From: Lama glama
Lineage: Eukaryota
Assembly: GCA_028534125.1 (NCBI GenBank)
Contig: CM052844.1
Location: 12,090,001-12,154,000 of the forward strand
DNA: 64,000 nucleotides
Reading direction: 5' to 3'
Under the pieces are notes generated by a model, which was not told the DNA's origin, ran no database searches, and saw nothing but the letters and a program-made list of their open reading frames with translations. Positions 35,830 to 47,950 of the stretch are shown one piece after another; the stretch's first letter is position 1; every line of letters begins with the position of its first letter. The position numbers and the translations under genes are program-made.

Positions 35830-36062
35830 TCATTCAACAATTCCTCTGTGCTAGGCACTGTTCTGAGTGTGTTACTACTCCTAAACCCATTTAATCTCAC
35901 AACTCCATGAGGTATAATAATAACTCCACTATTATCCCCATTTTACAGATGAGAAAAGTGAGGCACAGGGATCAAGTGACTTGCCCATGGTCACATGTAA
36001 GTGGTGAGGCTGGGGTTTGAACCTATGTAGTTTGTCTCTAGTGTTCATGCTCTTAACCCCAG
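35830..36062 (-). mobile_element. MIR SINE (near full length)
   Basis: attatccccattttacagatgagaaaagtgaggcacag...aagtgacttgcccatggtcaca...ctggggtttgaacc...catgctcttaacc. Confidence 0.92.
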
Positions 36063-36227
36063 AGGGAAGCTGCCCCATTACTTGCTTCAGAGGCAGATGA
36101 GCTGGACCTCGATGCCTCTTGATTCACTGGTCACTCCTCAGAATGAGAGTTCACGCTGATCTTGCTTCTTCGCAGGTCAGGAAAGTCCTGTTCAGATGGG
36201 GACTGGATCTTCATGTGCTCTGTCCCC

Positions 36228-36390
36228 CTTAGGGTGAGTGCATCAGACTTACTTGGGGGTGATATTTAATGTGAAGAATCCTGCCCCCAATTCTAATTCT
36301 GTATGTTCAGGCAATGCCTGGGAATAGGCATACGTGATAAGTGGCCCTCATGGCTGATGTCGGTGACCATGGCCACACTGGGGACACGGA
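36228..36390. mobile_element. MER5-like hAT-Charlie element
   Basis: tgcatcagacttacttgggg...attctaattc...gcctgggaataggcat...ccatggccacactggga. Confidence 0.5.
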
Positions 36391-36459
36391 CAGCATTTTT
36401 AAGAACAAGTTCCCAAAGCTTGGGGCATCCTGTTTAGTAAACAGAACAGTTACTTTGTG

Positions 36460-36632
36460 GGTCCAAGAACTGAATTCTGTTCTTTGTTTTGCCTCATTTG
36501 TTTAGCCCTTCTGAAGGCAAGTGTTTTCATGTGCAAAATGGGAAAATAATACCCCTTTTGCCTGTCTCAATGGAGTGTTATGACAGCACGTTGAAACTCT
36601 AAGGTGCTGTACAAATATAAGACATTAGTATT
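36460..36632 (+). mobile_element. MIRc-like SINE
   Basis: tcatgtgcaaaatgggaaaataatacc...aactctaaggtgctgtacaaatataag. Confidence 0.65.
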
Positions 36633-37311
36633 CATTGTTGTTTTTCCTGCTTATCACAAGTACTGTCAACTTCACAGATGTACTGTTAATAGCCCGCTTT
36701 CACATTGTGTTGACATTTTAGGTGATTCTTAATGGACTTCAGTGTGTTTCATTTGGGGGGCTCTGTACTGCTGTGTCGGGCTGGCTCTGGAAGTAACAAG
36801 ATGAGGGAAGAAAGGACCCAGGGGAGAGAGACTGGAAGCTGCTGGATTCCGTGAGGAATTCAGGGAACAGTTTCATTAGGAGTCAAGGCCAAGATCAGGG
36901 GTCAAGGCAGAGCTGGAGTCAATTTAATGAGGTACCCAGACCAGAGCCTTGGCAACAAGTGGTCTGGATCTAGAACGTGGGTTTGAGACTTGAGATGAAC
37001 GAGTGGAGCCCGAAGTCTCTGGGAGGCTGGGGCTTCTTATGCTCACCCTCTGCCCGGGGTCTCTCCTGGTGCCAGCCTGGGATGGGCTGTGTCAGCCTCC
37101 AGGGAGAGTGGGGGCCACACGGAGGAGAGGCAAGTGGTTTCTGGAAGTGTGTCCGTTTGCAAAGGGGCTACTTGTCCCCCTCCCACTTTAATTTGGCCTG
37201 TTTGGAAGGAAATCACTGACAGGCTGATTACAAAAATGCCATCTGATTATTTTTAAAGTACCTCAAACCAGACTAAAGAAATATCATGTAAGTAGCAATC
37301 ATTAAGAGACT

Positions 37312-37482
37312 GTCTTGTAGCAACCTATAATGAAAAAGAATATGAAAACGAATATATGTATGTATATATATGACTGAGCTATTATGCTGTACACCAGAAA
37401 TGGACACAACATGGTAAACTGATTATACTTCAATAAAAAAGAAAAAGAATTCCATAAGATCCCACTAATTAAAAAAGAAAAA
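37312..37482 (+). mobile_element. Young camelid L1 3' end with a probable short 3' transduction
   Basis: aacctataatgaaaaagaatatgaaaacgaatatatgtatg...tgctgtacaccagaaatggacacaacat...tatacttcaataaaaaa; TSD aagagactgtc (37304-37314) / aagagactatc (37483-37493). Confidence 0.88.
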
Positions 37483-38766
37483 AAGAGACTATCAATGAAT
37501 AGATAAGAATGATCAATCTCAAAGTGCATGCATACTTCTGACTTGTTGTGGGATATTTGAAAAGAACTTCTTCTTAAGTATTTTAGATGGTTTCTTTATA
37601 TTTTTTACATTAAGAGAAAAGAGAAAGGGGTAATATAAGTAGTGATTACAAAGGAAAATTTCAGGACAGTCTTTATCCATTTTTTGTGCTTAGAAAGAGC
37701 TGAATTACTATGGCTCCTTGAAAGGGCTTGTGCTCTGGGATAGTAACAGTTGAACTGGGGCAGGGAGAGGAGCTTTAAAAAAAAAAAAAAAAACCAAGGT
37801 CTTTGTGGTCAAGAGAATTTTATTTTATAAATAAATTATTTTATGAGATTCTAGACCTTCCTTAAAGAAGCAGAAAACCAACCTAAAGTTGGATTCATGC
37901 ATGGCCGTATGCTTGACAACGACAGGTTTTTCAGTTCCTTTAAAAGGTCCCAACTGGAGTTATTAATGCTGGGGAGGAAGGGGCTTCCAGAGGGAAAACT
38001 TCACCTGAGATATCACACCACACAGGTCCCGAGACTTTTCATCGGGTCTCAAAGGTCGAATGGTAAAAAGCAGGAGAGAAGCCTGCCAGCCAGGCAGTCG
38101 GGACCCAGTGTCCTTTGCTGAGCACAGCCTGCTGCAAGGAGGGGGCTGAATCCAAATGTCCAAAGCCACGTGGACAAATGGCCGTAGAATTGGAGGATGA
38201 TGACCATGAAGCTGCCAAGCTCCTCATTTCTGCTACTTACTGGAAACAGGGGTTCTTTGCTATGCCCTGTGGGCAGGGGGTGTGGCATGGGGGTGCTTGG
38301 GGTGCTTTGGCCACCAGTAAGCTCCAAGTCATTGCAAGTATTTATATAATTGAATAGAAACAAAGTGTTTGCCATACAGATCTGCTTCCAGACAAGCCCC
38401 GGAGACGTCTCCTTCTGCAGTGTTTGCACTTGGAAGCCCCCACCCCACAGACTCAGGAATCTCTGGCTGGTGGGGCGTGTTCCCTGCAAAGCAGCAGGAA
38501 CAAGCAAGAGGCAAGACTGAGGAGGAAGTGCAGGCCATTCTGGCTCCCTCTTCTGTGCCTTGCCCACAAACACAAAGTCCCCTCCGGATTTGCCCTTCTT
38601 CAGGGAAGACCCCCATCCTGCCCTTCTCCCAAAATCACCATTTCCCTTCCTGCTTCCCTTCCTTCAGACCACAGCAATCAGCTGGGTATCTCCAGGGCCA
38701 AGGCCATAAAGAATTCACAGGAAAATACCAGTTGTTTTTATTTTTTAGTATTTTATTCTAAAACTA

Positions 38767-38886
38767 TTTTTCTTTTTTATTGAAGTAGAGTTGATTTCCA
38801 ATGTTGTGTTAGTTTCAGGCGTACAGCAAAGTGATTCAATTGTATACGTACATTCTTTTTCAGATTCTTTTCCATTATAGGTTATT
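38767..38886 (-). mobile_element. L1 3' end running into a gap
   Basis: ttttattgaagtagagttgatttccaatgttgtgttagtttcaggcgtacagcaaagtgattca...cagattcttttccattataggttatt. Confidence 0.88.
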
Positions 38887-39386
38887 NNNNNNNNNNNNNN
38901 NNNNNNNNNNNNNNNNNNNNNNNNNNNNNNNNNNNNNNNNNNNNNNNNNNNNNNNNNNNNNNNNNNNNNNNNNNNNNNNNNNNNNNNNNNNNNNNNNNNN
39001 NNNNNNNNNNNNNNNNNNNNNNNNNNNNNNNNNNNNNNNNNNNNNNNNNNNNNNNNNNNNNNNNNNNNNNNNNNNNNNNNNNNNNNNNNNNNNNNNNNNN
39101 NNNNNNNNNNNNNNNNNNNNNNNNNNNNNNNNNNNNNNNNNNNNNNNNNNNNNNNNNNNNNNNNNNNNNNNNNNNNNNNNNNNNNNNNNNNNNNNNNNNN
39201 NNNNNNNNNNNNNNNNNNNNNNNNNNNNNNNNNNNNNNNNNNNNNNNNNNNNNNNNNNNNNNNNNNNNNNNNNNNNNNNNNNNNNNNNNNNNNNNNNNNN
39301 NNNNNNNNNNNNNNNNNNNNNNNNNNNNNNNNNNNNNNNNNNNNNNNNNNNNNNNNNNNNNNNNNNNNNNNNNNNNNNNNNNNNNN
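38887..39386. other. Assembly gap (500 N)
   Basis: Run of n. Confidence 1.
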
Positions 39387-42147
39387 ATTCAATGAACACT
39401 CCCCCCAATATTGAACCCACCTATATTGAATCCCTGTGTATAGCAATCAAATTGGAAATCCAGGTCTACTACACGTACATGTAATATTTCTGGAGTATAT
39501 CAAATTCCATCCTATATCAAATTTTTTTCCTCAGGTTCCTAGAAATTTAATATAAGCAAGTTTCACTCTATTTGAAAAGGACATGATGCAATATAATGTG
39601 TTTTTCGATGAATAGAATTCTTGGTAATTCAATTTATGTTCAGAACTTCTTAAAGGCGACCTGCTTCCTAGAGGCCTCATGTCAGAGTTCAGCTCTGAGA
39701 ACCTTACTCAGGGAGCACTCCTTTTGGCATGAAAAGCTGAGAAGGAAGATCAGAAGGAACTTTGGTGATTCATAGACAGTGATCCAAAAAATAGCCATCC
39801 AGTCAAGGAGAGGAAGGTGATGTATTTAAGAGACCAGGAAAGTTCTTGATTCAGGCTTATCATGTAGGACCATCCTTCTCATCAGTGGGAACTTTATATC
39901 CTCACGTGGGCCCCCATAGACCAAGTGCTTGGAAAGACTTGGCTCAATCAATAAGTCAGCTGGTGACAGGGCCATGGTCATGGGCTCGTAGGAAAGCTTA
40001 AAAGTCAACACCTCCTTCTGCTTTCATGGGCCAGTTTTTTTTTTTTTTACTCTATCTATAATCTGAAGTTTCCTTCAATAATCCAAAGCTGTTAGTTTCT
40101 ATTGCCTTGTATTTTCTTCCAGTGTTTATTTTTAATTTTTTAGATAATGAATCTCTGATTCTAGTAAGTTCTCATTTTTTTACACACATCTATATGTCAT
40201 GTAACTCTGATTATGGATATTGTTAAATAAAATATACCTTGATAGCCTACGTTCAGCATCCCCTGAGTAGTAAAACAGACCCATTATAAATGATATGCAT
40301 TCATTAAAGAAATTCCATTTAAAATCTTGGAAAGCCTACATTAAGAACACTTTCTCATATCGCTCTGTCAATCTTCCTTGCACCTGTTAGCATGTCTAGA
40401 AAATGGCTTTTTATAATTCACTCATCTTATTGCAAGTGGAAAAAGATTCACAAAAGTAATTCTGATTATTCAAATTGTTTAGTAAAACATAAAATTAAGA
40501 ACATATCCTATAATAAGCACTAATAAACTAAGCAACTAGATATAAATAAAATATAGGTCATTAAAGTATTCTAATGCGATGGGAAAGAGTTATAGGCTCA
40601 CGTAATTATCCTTGCTGAAGGTAAATAGTTTCTGAGATAGTTTTAACTATTTTTAGTGCTTGAAGCTTTCCTGGATATACCAGTAGGATTGGTATGGCTT
40701 CCCTCATTACAGTTCTTGTTTTTTAACTCCCTAACGCGTAATAAACCTATGAACTCCATTAACTGTAATCGGTATGCATGCGAGGATGCAAAGGCCTTTC
40801 CTTGGCTTTCTCACTGCCTCAAACAAGAAACCAAAATGAGTATGACGCCAAGTCCCATGCAGGTAATCAGGTACGCCATTTTTCATTTGAAAAGAAGTCC
40901 TCTCCTATAACGAAAATGCTGAGAGAGGTTATTACAATAATAAATGAGTTGGCAGGGTGATTTATGCTGGAGACAAATGTACCTTCTGATGGAATCCTCT
41001 TTAATTCCTTATAAATCCTGGGTCTAGGGGACAGGGTCTGATTCTGGGACTCCGTCAGTTCGGTGCTCATGGTACACTGAATTCACTGGGTTCATTTCTT
41101 GTGGACCAAACAGCTGTTTTCAATAGTCTTCCCGGCAGGTGTCTGTCTGGGGATTAGTGATGCTCCACGTGGTCGTACCTCACAAGAAATGGATGTGTAA
41201 TTACATTAACTATGCTTCACCTCTTTGGACTCACTTATCCCATATCACTGATACTGGAACCATTTAATAATAATTCTGTTTACTTCTTTAATGGCAACAC
41301 CATCTTATATCAGTGCAGTGGTTTTGACTCTTCCAGATACTCCTGAAAGCTTTCTCCTTAGATTTATCTTTGAGTGTGTCTGAGTGTGTTTACCCGAATC
41401 TGGGATTCCTGAGTGAGAAGGTCCTTTCTGAGTCTCCCTCAAAATAGAATCAGATGCGAACATCTCTAGGATCTTGATGAAATTCTGAGGAGAACTTAGA
41501 ATCTAGAAAATGGTCCATGCAGGATCATGCACTTTCAAGCTGGTGTAGACTCTAAATGTGGGTTCAGACCGTGAATGATCACTGAGAAAGGCTCAGAAAA
41601 AAAAAATACTCTGTCCTGCAGGGAACACCATCATTCATCTTTGACATGTTTTCTCTCGTCTTAGAAGAATTGTTACAAAACCTAAATGCGTTCTTCCAAG
41701 TTTAGCTCTAAAAGGCTACCCAGACCCTTCCCCAGGAGGGATTTCTTTCAATGTTCTTTGAAATTCTGTAGTGTTTCATATCCTTCAAATAGCCCTTCTG
41801 TTTATTTTAGTTGTCACAACACCTCCCTGTGGCTTCTAAATATTCAAAATTATAAATTCTGTGAGACTTAACTCTCAAGAATATCCCCACTACTTCTGGG
41901 TATCTTTTCCCCTCTACATTCCCAACAGGGGCAGGGACAGTGGCAATATTTCACTCTCATGTCACACGAAACATGTACCGCAGTAACTTGCACACAGTTG
42001 ATGCTTAATAAGTTTGTCTTGAGTTAAATTACAGTTAATTTAATGAAATGGATGATGGCTGAAAGAATGGTTTTATTGAATCTAAAACAATGGTTGTGGT
42101 TAGGACAGTTGCTGTATTATAAAGTATTGTTGGTTAATTTGTTGATT

Positions 42148-42830
42148 GCATTCACTCATTTGATGAATATTTATCAAGCGTGTACTATGTGCCAGGTGTT
42201 GTTCTAGTCACTGGGGATACAGTGGTGAACAGACAAGTAAGATTCCTGCTTTCATTTTGGTGGGAAACGAGAATAAACAAGGAGACAAATACATACGATT
42301 GTTTCTGAGAAGAATACATTCTATGAAGACAATGAAGCGGGGAAACTGATAGACCAAGCCTGGGTTAGGGAGTGGAGGGACGTTTTTGAGATCAGGATGA
42401 CGTTGAGGCTGAGACCTGAATCATGAGATGAAGTCATCACGTGGCAACAAGTGTGACAAGTTTTCAGAAGACATAAAGAAAACCCATGGGACTGGAGCAA
42501 AATGAATTAGAGAGAAAAGCATGGAAGCTGCTGGTAGGAATATTTACAGGGCGTGCTGCGGACTGAAGGTGATGGGCAGGTAGGACAAGAGGCAATGATG
42601 GTATCACTTTCAAAAGGTGGGAAATGGGGTAGTGAGGTTGAGACCTTCCTTTTTCTCCCTTCCTCCCCTTCCTCCTTCCTTTCTTCTTTTCGAAGTGGGG
42701 AATTCGTGTTCTGATGGAGATGCAGCATTCGACTGAAGAACAATGGTGTGAGGGAAGAAGGTGAAATTCCAGGAAGGCAGTGGGCTCCACGAGAAGGTGG
42801 GAACACAAGTGCCAGCCATGGGGATGGGGC
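42148..42830 (-). mobile_element. L2a LINE 3' portion
   Basis: cattcactcatttgatgaatatttatcaagcgtgtactatgtgccaggtgttgttctagtcactggggatacagtggtgaaca...gctgagacctgaa. Confidence 0.8.
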
Positions 42831-43274
42831 ACCGATGTGGCACCGATGTGGCAGGAGGTATGGGAGAGGGTGTGGACACGGCAGTTGGGCTCTCATGTTT
42901 CCTGATGGAGACAATGAGGAAGCGCCACTCGACTCGCGTTTATTTACTCAGAGGAGTAGGAGATGTGCCATCGGCTGAGTGTGGGAAGGTCGGGGAGGCG
43001 CAGGCAGTTTTAGGAAAGGGAAAGCAGGCAGCTATCTTTTGGGAGAGTCGGGGAGCAAACCTCCCAGGAAGGCATAGTAAGAGAGTCTGGAATGTTTAAC
43101 AGGTGCTTTGGCCATTGTATTTGGTTTACTATGAGGTTGGCACGTTTACACAGAGGCATTAAGAGAGTCCTGTAATTGGAGCAGAAATAAAGGTCTGGGG
43201 TGTGTTCCAAGTGAGGAAGACTAAAGGAACTGGGATTCAAGAATGTTTGACTTGAAGAAGAAATATTTAAAGGT

Positions 43275-43420
43275 AAGGGTTAAGAGCATAGACTGTGGAG
43301 TCTGACAGACTTGGAGTTTGACCTTGGAAAGGTCACATACCCTCTCTGAGCTTCGATTCTTTCATCTGTGGGGAACGTAAATAAATCTCCTCCATCTGGT
43401 TGCCATATCAAAGATCCAGT
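43275..43420 (+). mobile_element. MIR SINE with internal deletion
   Basis: ggttaagagcatagactgtggagtctgacagac...tgaccttgg...cctctctgagcttc...ttcatctgt. Confidence 0.75.
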
Positions 43421-43869
43421 GATCTCTCCTATTTATTGTGTATGTGTGTGGGGATATTACTTTCTTAATAACCAAAGAGCTGTTGTATGGAACACACATC
43501 TGACCTGTTCTACATGGTGCTAGAGCGCTCATCTAGAACCTGAAAAATTAACACGGGTGCAGCAAAAACAAGGTTCCCATAGCTGGAGCTGTTCTAACAC
43601 GGATTGAGTTTTCCTGTGAGGCAGTGGGCTTCCCACCACTGGAGTGTTCCCGCCATGGTGGGAAGTGTGGAAGGGTTTTGTAGGGACTATTCCTACCTTG
43701 GTAAGAAGACTGGATTAGAATGATACAGTTTGATAGCAAATGTATTGATATGGATGGGCATGTTTGTGTATATGCACGTGGAATGTCTCATTGTAAATAA
43801 CTTGCACCACAAATTTGATGTACGTGTGTACAAACACTTTGGTTCTTGTAAAACTTGAGAAGTCAACAG

Positions 43870-44050
43870 TATTATATTTTTGCCTACATTGTGTCATTTG
43901 ATCATCTAAGAATCTTGTTAGGTAGATATTATTATTCTATTTTATAGACTGGGAATGAAAATGAAAAGAGACGAGGTTATTTGCTCATGAATTTGTAGGA
44001 AAACAGTGTAAGAATAAATACTCAGTCCTGTAATTTGCCCAATCATTCCC
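43870..44050 (-). mobile_element. MIR SINE
   Basis: tcatttgatcatc...aggtagatattattattctattttataga. Confidence 0.6.
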
Positions 44051-45692
44051 AGCCCAGTACCTTCAAACTGAGTGTCTTAGAGTGTACAATCTATTAAGCA
44101 TTGCTTAAAGTCAAGTCTCTTTATTAAATATGAAAAAGGGATGATTTGTCTTTAAGATTGTTTTGAATTTAATGATTCATTTTTTATAATGCCCAATGAT
44201 TTAAGCTAATTTATCTCATCAGTCCTTCTGTGCTGATAAGCAATCTTAGACTCAGTTTGTAGAGTACCATTTTAGCTTGCTCCTCTTGTGGTATTTCTAT
44301 AAAACAGCAGTATGGTGCAAAGTGTTATTACATCTAAATTTTATGATGAACAGGGGGAAATGGCTGGAGGCATTCATGGGAGATATTGTATGCAAACTTT
44401 AGAAAAGCATTTCATATTAGCAACAGAAAGGCTTCAGCTAATAGAGTCACATAAATCCAAATGGATTAGGGTTTTAGTTGAGAGAAAGACTAGTTCTTAT
44501 AAGACTTTCTCCATAATTGAAGGCTTTTACCAATTATGCTCAAATACTGTGTGAAAGGAAAAGATTTTTCCATCACTATTTCTGGTTACATGCAGAAAAT
44601 ATTTCACTCTGGTGAGACTCAGAGTAGCATTCAGGTTTTTTTTTTTCTTTAATATTCAATGCAAGCTGGCTAATGCTTCTTTTTAAATTGGAGGGGAAAT
44701 ATTACAAAGCTCACTTTCTTAGAGATGGAAAATAATACCATTCTTCAGAGGAAAAATGAATACATTGTTAAGCAGATCAACTTCTGAGTTTTCTGGAAAA
44801 TTGTATAATCTAAAGAAAGTAGCTGAAGCATCAGCAGCATTTGCTAGAAACTGGAATGCAGTCAAAGGTGGCTGAATGGGGGAAATTAGAGGAAACGGAA
44901 GAAAAAGCCCTGTAGTGGATATAATTCAGTTCTGGCGGATTAGATGTGACGGTAACCAGATCTTTTTATTCAGTAATCAGCCTGATACTAAATATCTTCA
45001 GAGTATAATGACTTACAGAAGAACTCTCTGGGTTTTTTTTTTTCCTTCTCTTTTTCCTCCAATAGTATTAGGAGGTAAAAATAAGAAAACGTTCCTTGCT
45101 GTTGGGAACAAGAGTGAAATTTAATCCAGTAATGTAAACAATGGCATGTTTACTTATTGGCATATTTTCAGAAAAGAAGGACTCAGAGCATTAAAATGGC
45201 TGAAGATTGAGTCGTGCATCCTCGTTCATTCTTCTTGACCATCTAGGAATGATTTCAGAAGGGATTTCAAACAAGCGCTCCATTAGTTTCCCGGAGCTGC
45301 TGGAACAAAGTATCACTGCTGGGTGGCTTGGGACGATGGAAATGTATTGTTTCACAGTTCTGGGGGGGCCTGAATTCCAAAATCAGGTTGTTGGCAGGGC
45401 CATGCTTCCTCTGAAGGCATGAGGGATGGATCTGCTGCAGGCTTTTCTCCCAGCTTCTGGTAAGCTCAGGGGTTCCTGGGCCACATGCATCACTCCAGTT
45501 ACATGGCTATCTTCTCTTTGAGTGTCTTCACTTTACTTTCGCTCTATGTGTATCTGTCTCAGCCCAAATGTCTCCTTTTTATAAGGACACTGGTCATACT
45601 GCATTAGGACCCACCCTAATGACTTCATCTTACGTTTATTACCTCTGTAAAGCCCGTATTTCCAAATTGCATCACATTCTGAGGTACTGAGG

Positions 45693-46053
45693 TACTATGG
45701 ACTGAATGTTTGCAANNNNNNNNNNNNNNNNNNNNNNNNNNNNNNNNNNNNNNNNNNNNNNNNNNNNNNNNNNNNNNNNNNNNNNNNNNNNNNNNNNNNN
45801 NNNNNNNNNNNNNNNNNNNNNNNNNNNNNNNNNNNNNNNNNNNNNNNNNNNNNNNNNNNNNNNNNNNNNNCTGAGGACCCAGAGAGGACCACCACCTATG
45901 AACCAGGAACTAGGCTCTCACCAGACTCCAAATCTGCCAGCACTGTGACCTTGGACTTCTCAGCCTCTAAAACTGCGAGGAATAAATTCCTTGTTGTTTG
46001 TAAACCACCCAGTCTATGGTGTTTTGTTACAACAGTGCAAAAGGACTAAGACG
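45693..46053 (+). mobile_element. MLT1A0-like MaLR LTR nested in MLT1C
   Basis: tactatggactgaatgttt...ctatgaaccaggaa...ttggacttctcagcctc...aataaatt...ccacccagtctatggt...gactaagacg; 5-bp TSD tgagg / tgggg. Confidence 0.88.
45716..45870. other. Assembly gap (155 N)
   Basis: Run of n. Confidence 1.
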
Positions 46054-47489
46054 TGGGGGTTAGGACGTCAACATATTTGGGGGGAGGGGGACACGATTCA
46101 ACTCACAGGTGCCTCAAACACTGTTTTACTTTTTTGAGAAGAAATTACCAAGTGTGAAGAAGCTACAGTTCATCCCACTTCTCACTGGAGTGTCTGAAAG
46201 ATATAGTAGCTTATTAAGGTGCTTTTTGTGGGAACCAGTGAAAGGGCTGGGTTTGCATCCAGAGTGCTTTAGGGCTAAAACAGAGGAGCACAAGTGGACT
46301 GACCGGCCAGCATCTGGATGACACACCCCATACAGCTGTCGAGATGGTTAGATGTAGTAACGTATGTAAAGCTCAGGGTCTAAATCAATAGAGGTGATTG
46401 TCACTGTGATAAGAGCACCATTTATTGACTCTATATAGAGGCCTGTATGCAGACATCCATGCAGTGGACTCAGACGCCATTGAAACAGATATTTTAATTT
46501 CCTGAAGTGTGTCTACCCTGAGACTCACAGAATGGTAATACTGGCTTGATGGTCCACAGGAAATTGAAATAATGGACTCTTTTGGTAGCATATGAGTTGA
46601 CCCTGTGCATAGAGGCTGAACCTAAAAGCCAGATTGAGGAATACATTCTAATTCTTTGATTATAAAAACCTTCTCCCCGAGCGCAGCACCTTGCCATCTG
46701 TCTTTTTAATCTCTTCAAGGAAAACCTCAGCCTGATTCCAAACTCTCTCTCTCCCCATAATGGGAAATCTCTCTGTGTTTGATGAACCTAAGTGAAAAAT
46801 GCAGTCTCATATCCATGTATTTATTAAATCTCTGGTTGCATAAAGGCCTCACTCCAAAGTAATGTTCAAAATAAATTGCTTCCATGATTGTACTGTTAGC
46901 ATGCACATGTATGATTTTTCCTCTCTGCATTCTAAGATGACAATGTATCTTGGGGAACGTTAATGATGCAAATTCAAACTACCTGGGCAATCAGCAACAG
47001 ACAGATCAGAAAATTGTAGCAATTGGCCTAAAGACTCCTTCTGAGTCCTTCTTAGTGCCAGGAGGGCTCCGAGGCCTCCTCAAGATTTGGCTTGTCATTT
47101 TTTTCCCCCACTGCGGAGACTCTGAGTCAGAAAAAATGATTTTTTTTTTTGCTCAGGGCATGACAGTTCTTCTCTGTGCTTGGGGGTTCACCCGAGTGCT
47201 GCTTCAAGATGCCAAATCTGCCATCCCAGCCAACAAAATGGCCCATGGATCTCACAGCTACGCTGAGCCCCTACCACTCCTCTCCCTTCCAGCAGTAGGT
47301 GTGGGAGCGTGGCTCCATGGCTGGTCACTTTCCATTCAGGCTGGTGCTTGGGAAATCTACTCCTGCCTCTTGAATGGGTCTGAACACCAGCCGGGTGTAG
47401 GTGTGCTCTTGGGGGTTCCCAGTGCCCCGGGACTATTAGCATTCGAGTAGTCAGGTGCACTCTTGGCTATCTGGCCAGTATTTTCCCAT

Positions 47490-47705
47490 TACTTAGCAGG
47501 CACTAAGCTCTTTGCTTTTGTATTTAATTATCATGACACTCATATGAGGGAAGGATATTTATCATTTCCTTTACGACTCAGGAAACTGGGGTTTAGCAAG
47601 ATTGAGACACGTGCCAGTGTTTAGATGGTTAATAAGTGGTAAGGTTGAGATTTGGACCCAGGCAGGCCGATGCCCAAGCTTGAAGTCGTGACCATCCTGC
47701 CCGCC
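47490..47705 (-). mobile_element. MIR SINE
   Basis: aggaaactggggtttag...taataagtggtaaggttgagatttggacccaggcagg. Confidence 0.7.
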
Positions 47706-47729
47706 ATATCTTAGAGGCGGTGTCAGGAG

Positions 47730-47950
47730 AGGTTAGCAGTCCTGCTGCTTGGGACCGAGGACTGGCTCTGTGACTCTCCCTTCACGGGGTCTCGGGCAGG
47801 TCTTCACACCTCCCTGAGCCGTCCCTTCCTTCTTGTGAAATGGAGCTAATAAGAGCCTGCTGTTCAGGGCTGTGTTGGGAGACTTAAATGAGATTATACA
47901 TGTAGAGCGCTTGACGTACAATGTGTTCCATACCTGTTAGCTAATGTCAT
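47730..47950 (+). mobile_element. MIR SINE
   Basis: ctcgggcaggtcttcacacctccctgagcc...tgtgaaatggagctaata...ttaaatgagattatacatgtagagcgctt. Confidence 0.75.

Larger units (their letters stand above)
45278..46110 (-). mobile_element. MLT1C-like MaLR LTR (host of a nested MLT1A0)
   Basis: attagtttcc...gaaatgtattgtttcacagttctgg...tgttggcagggccatgcttcctctgaaggc...ttataaggacactggtcat...cccaccctaatgac...tcacattctgaggtact[insert]gggggttaggac..caacatat. Confidence 0.88.

Noticed and set aside
46950-47450. 166-aa ORF
   Set aside because: Non-ATG start, no domain resemblance, includes homopolymer-derived residues.
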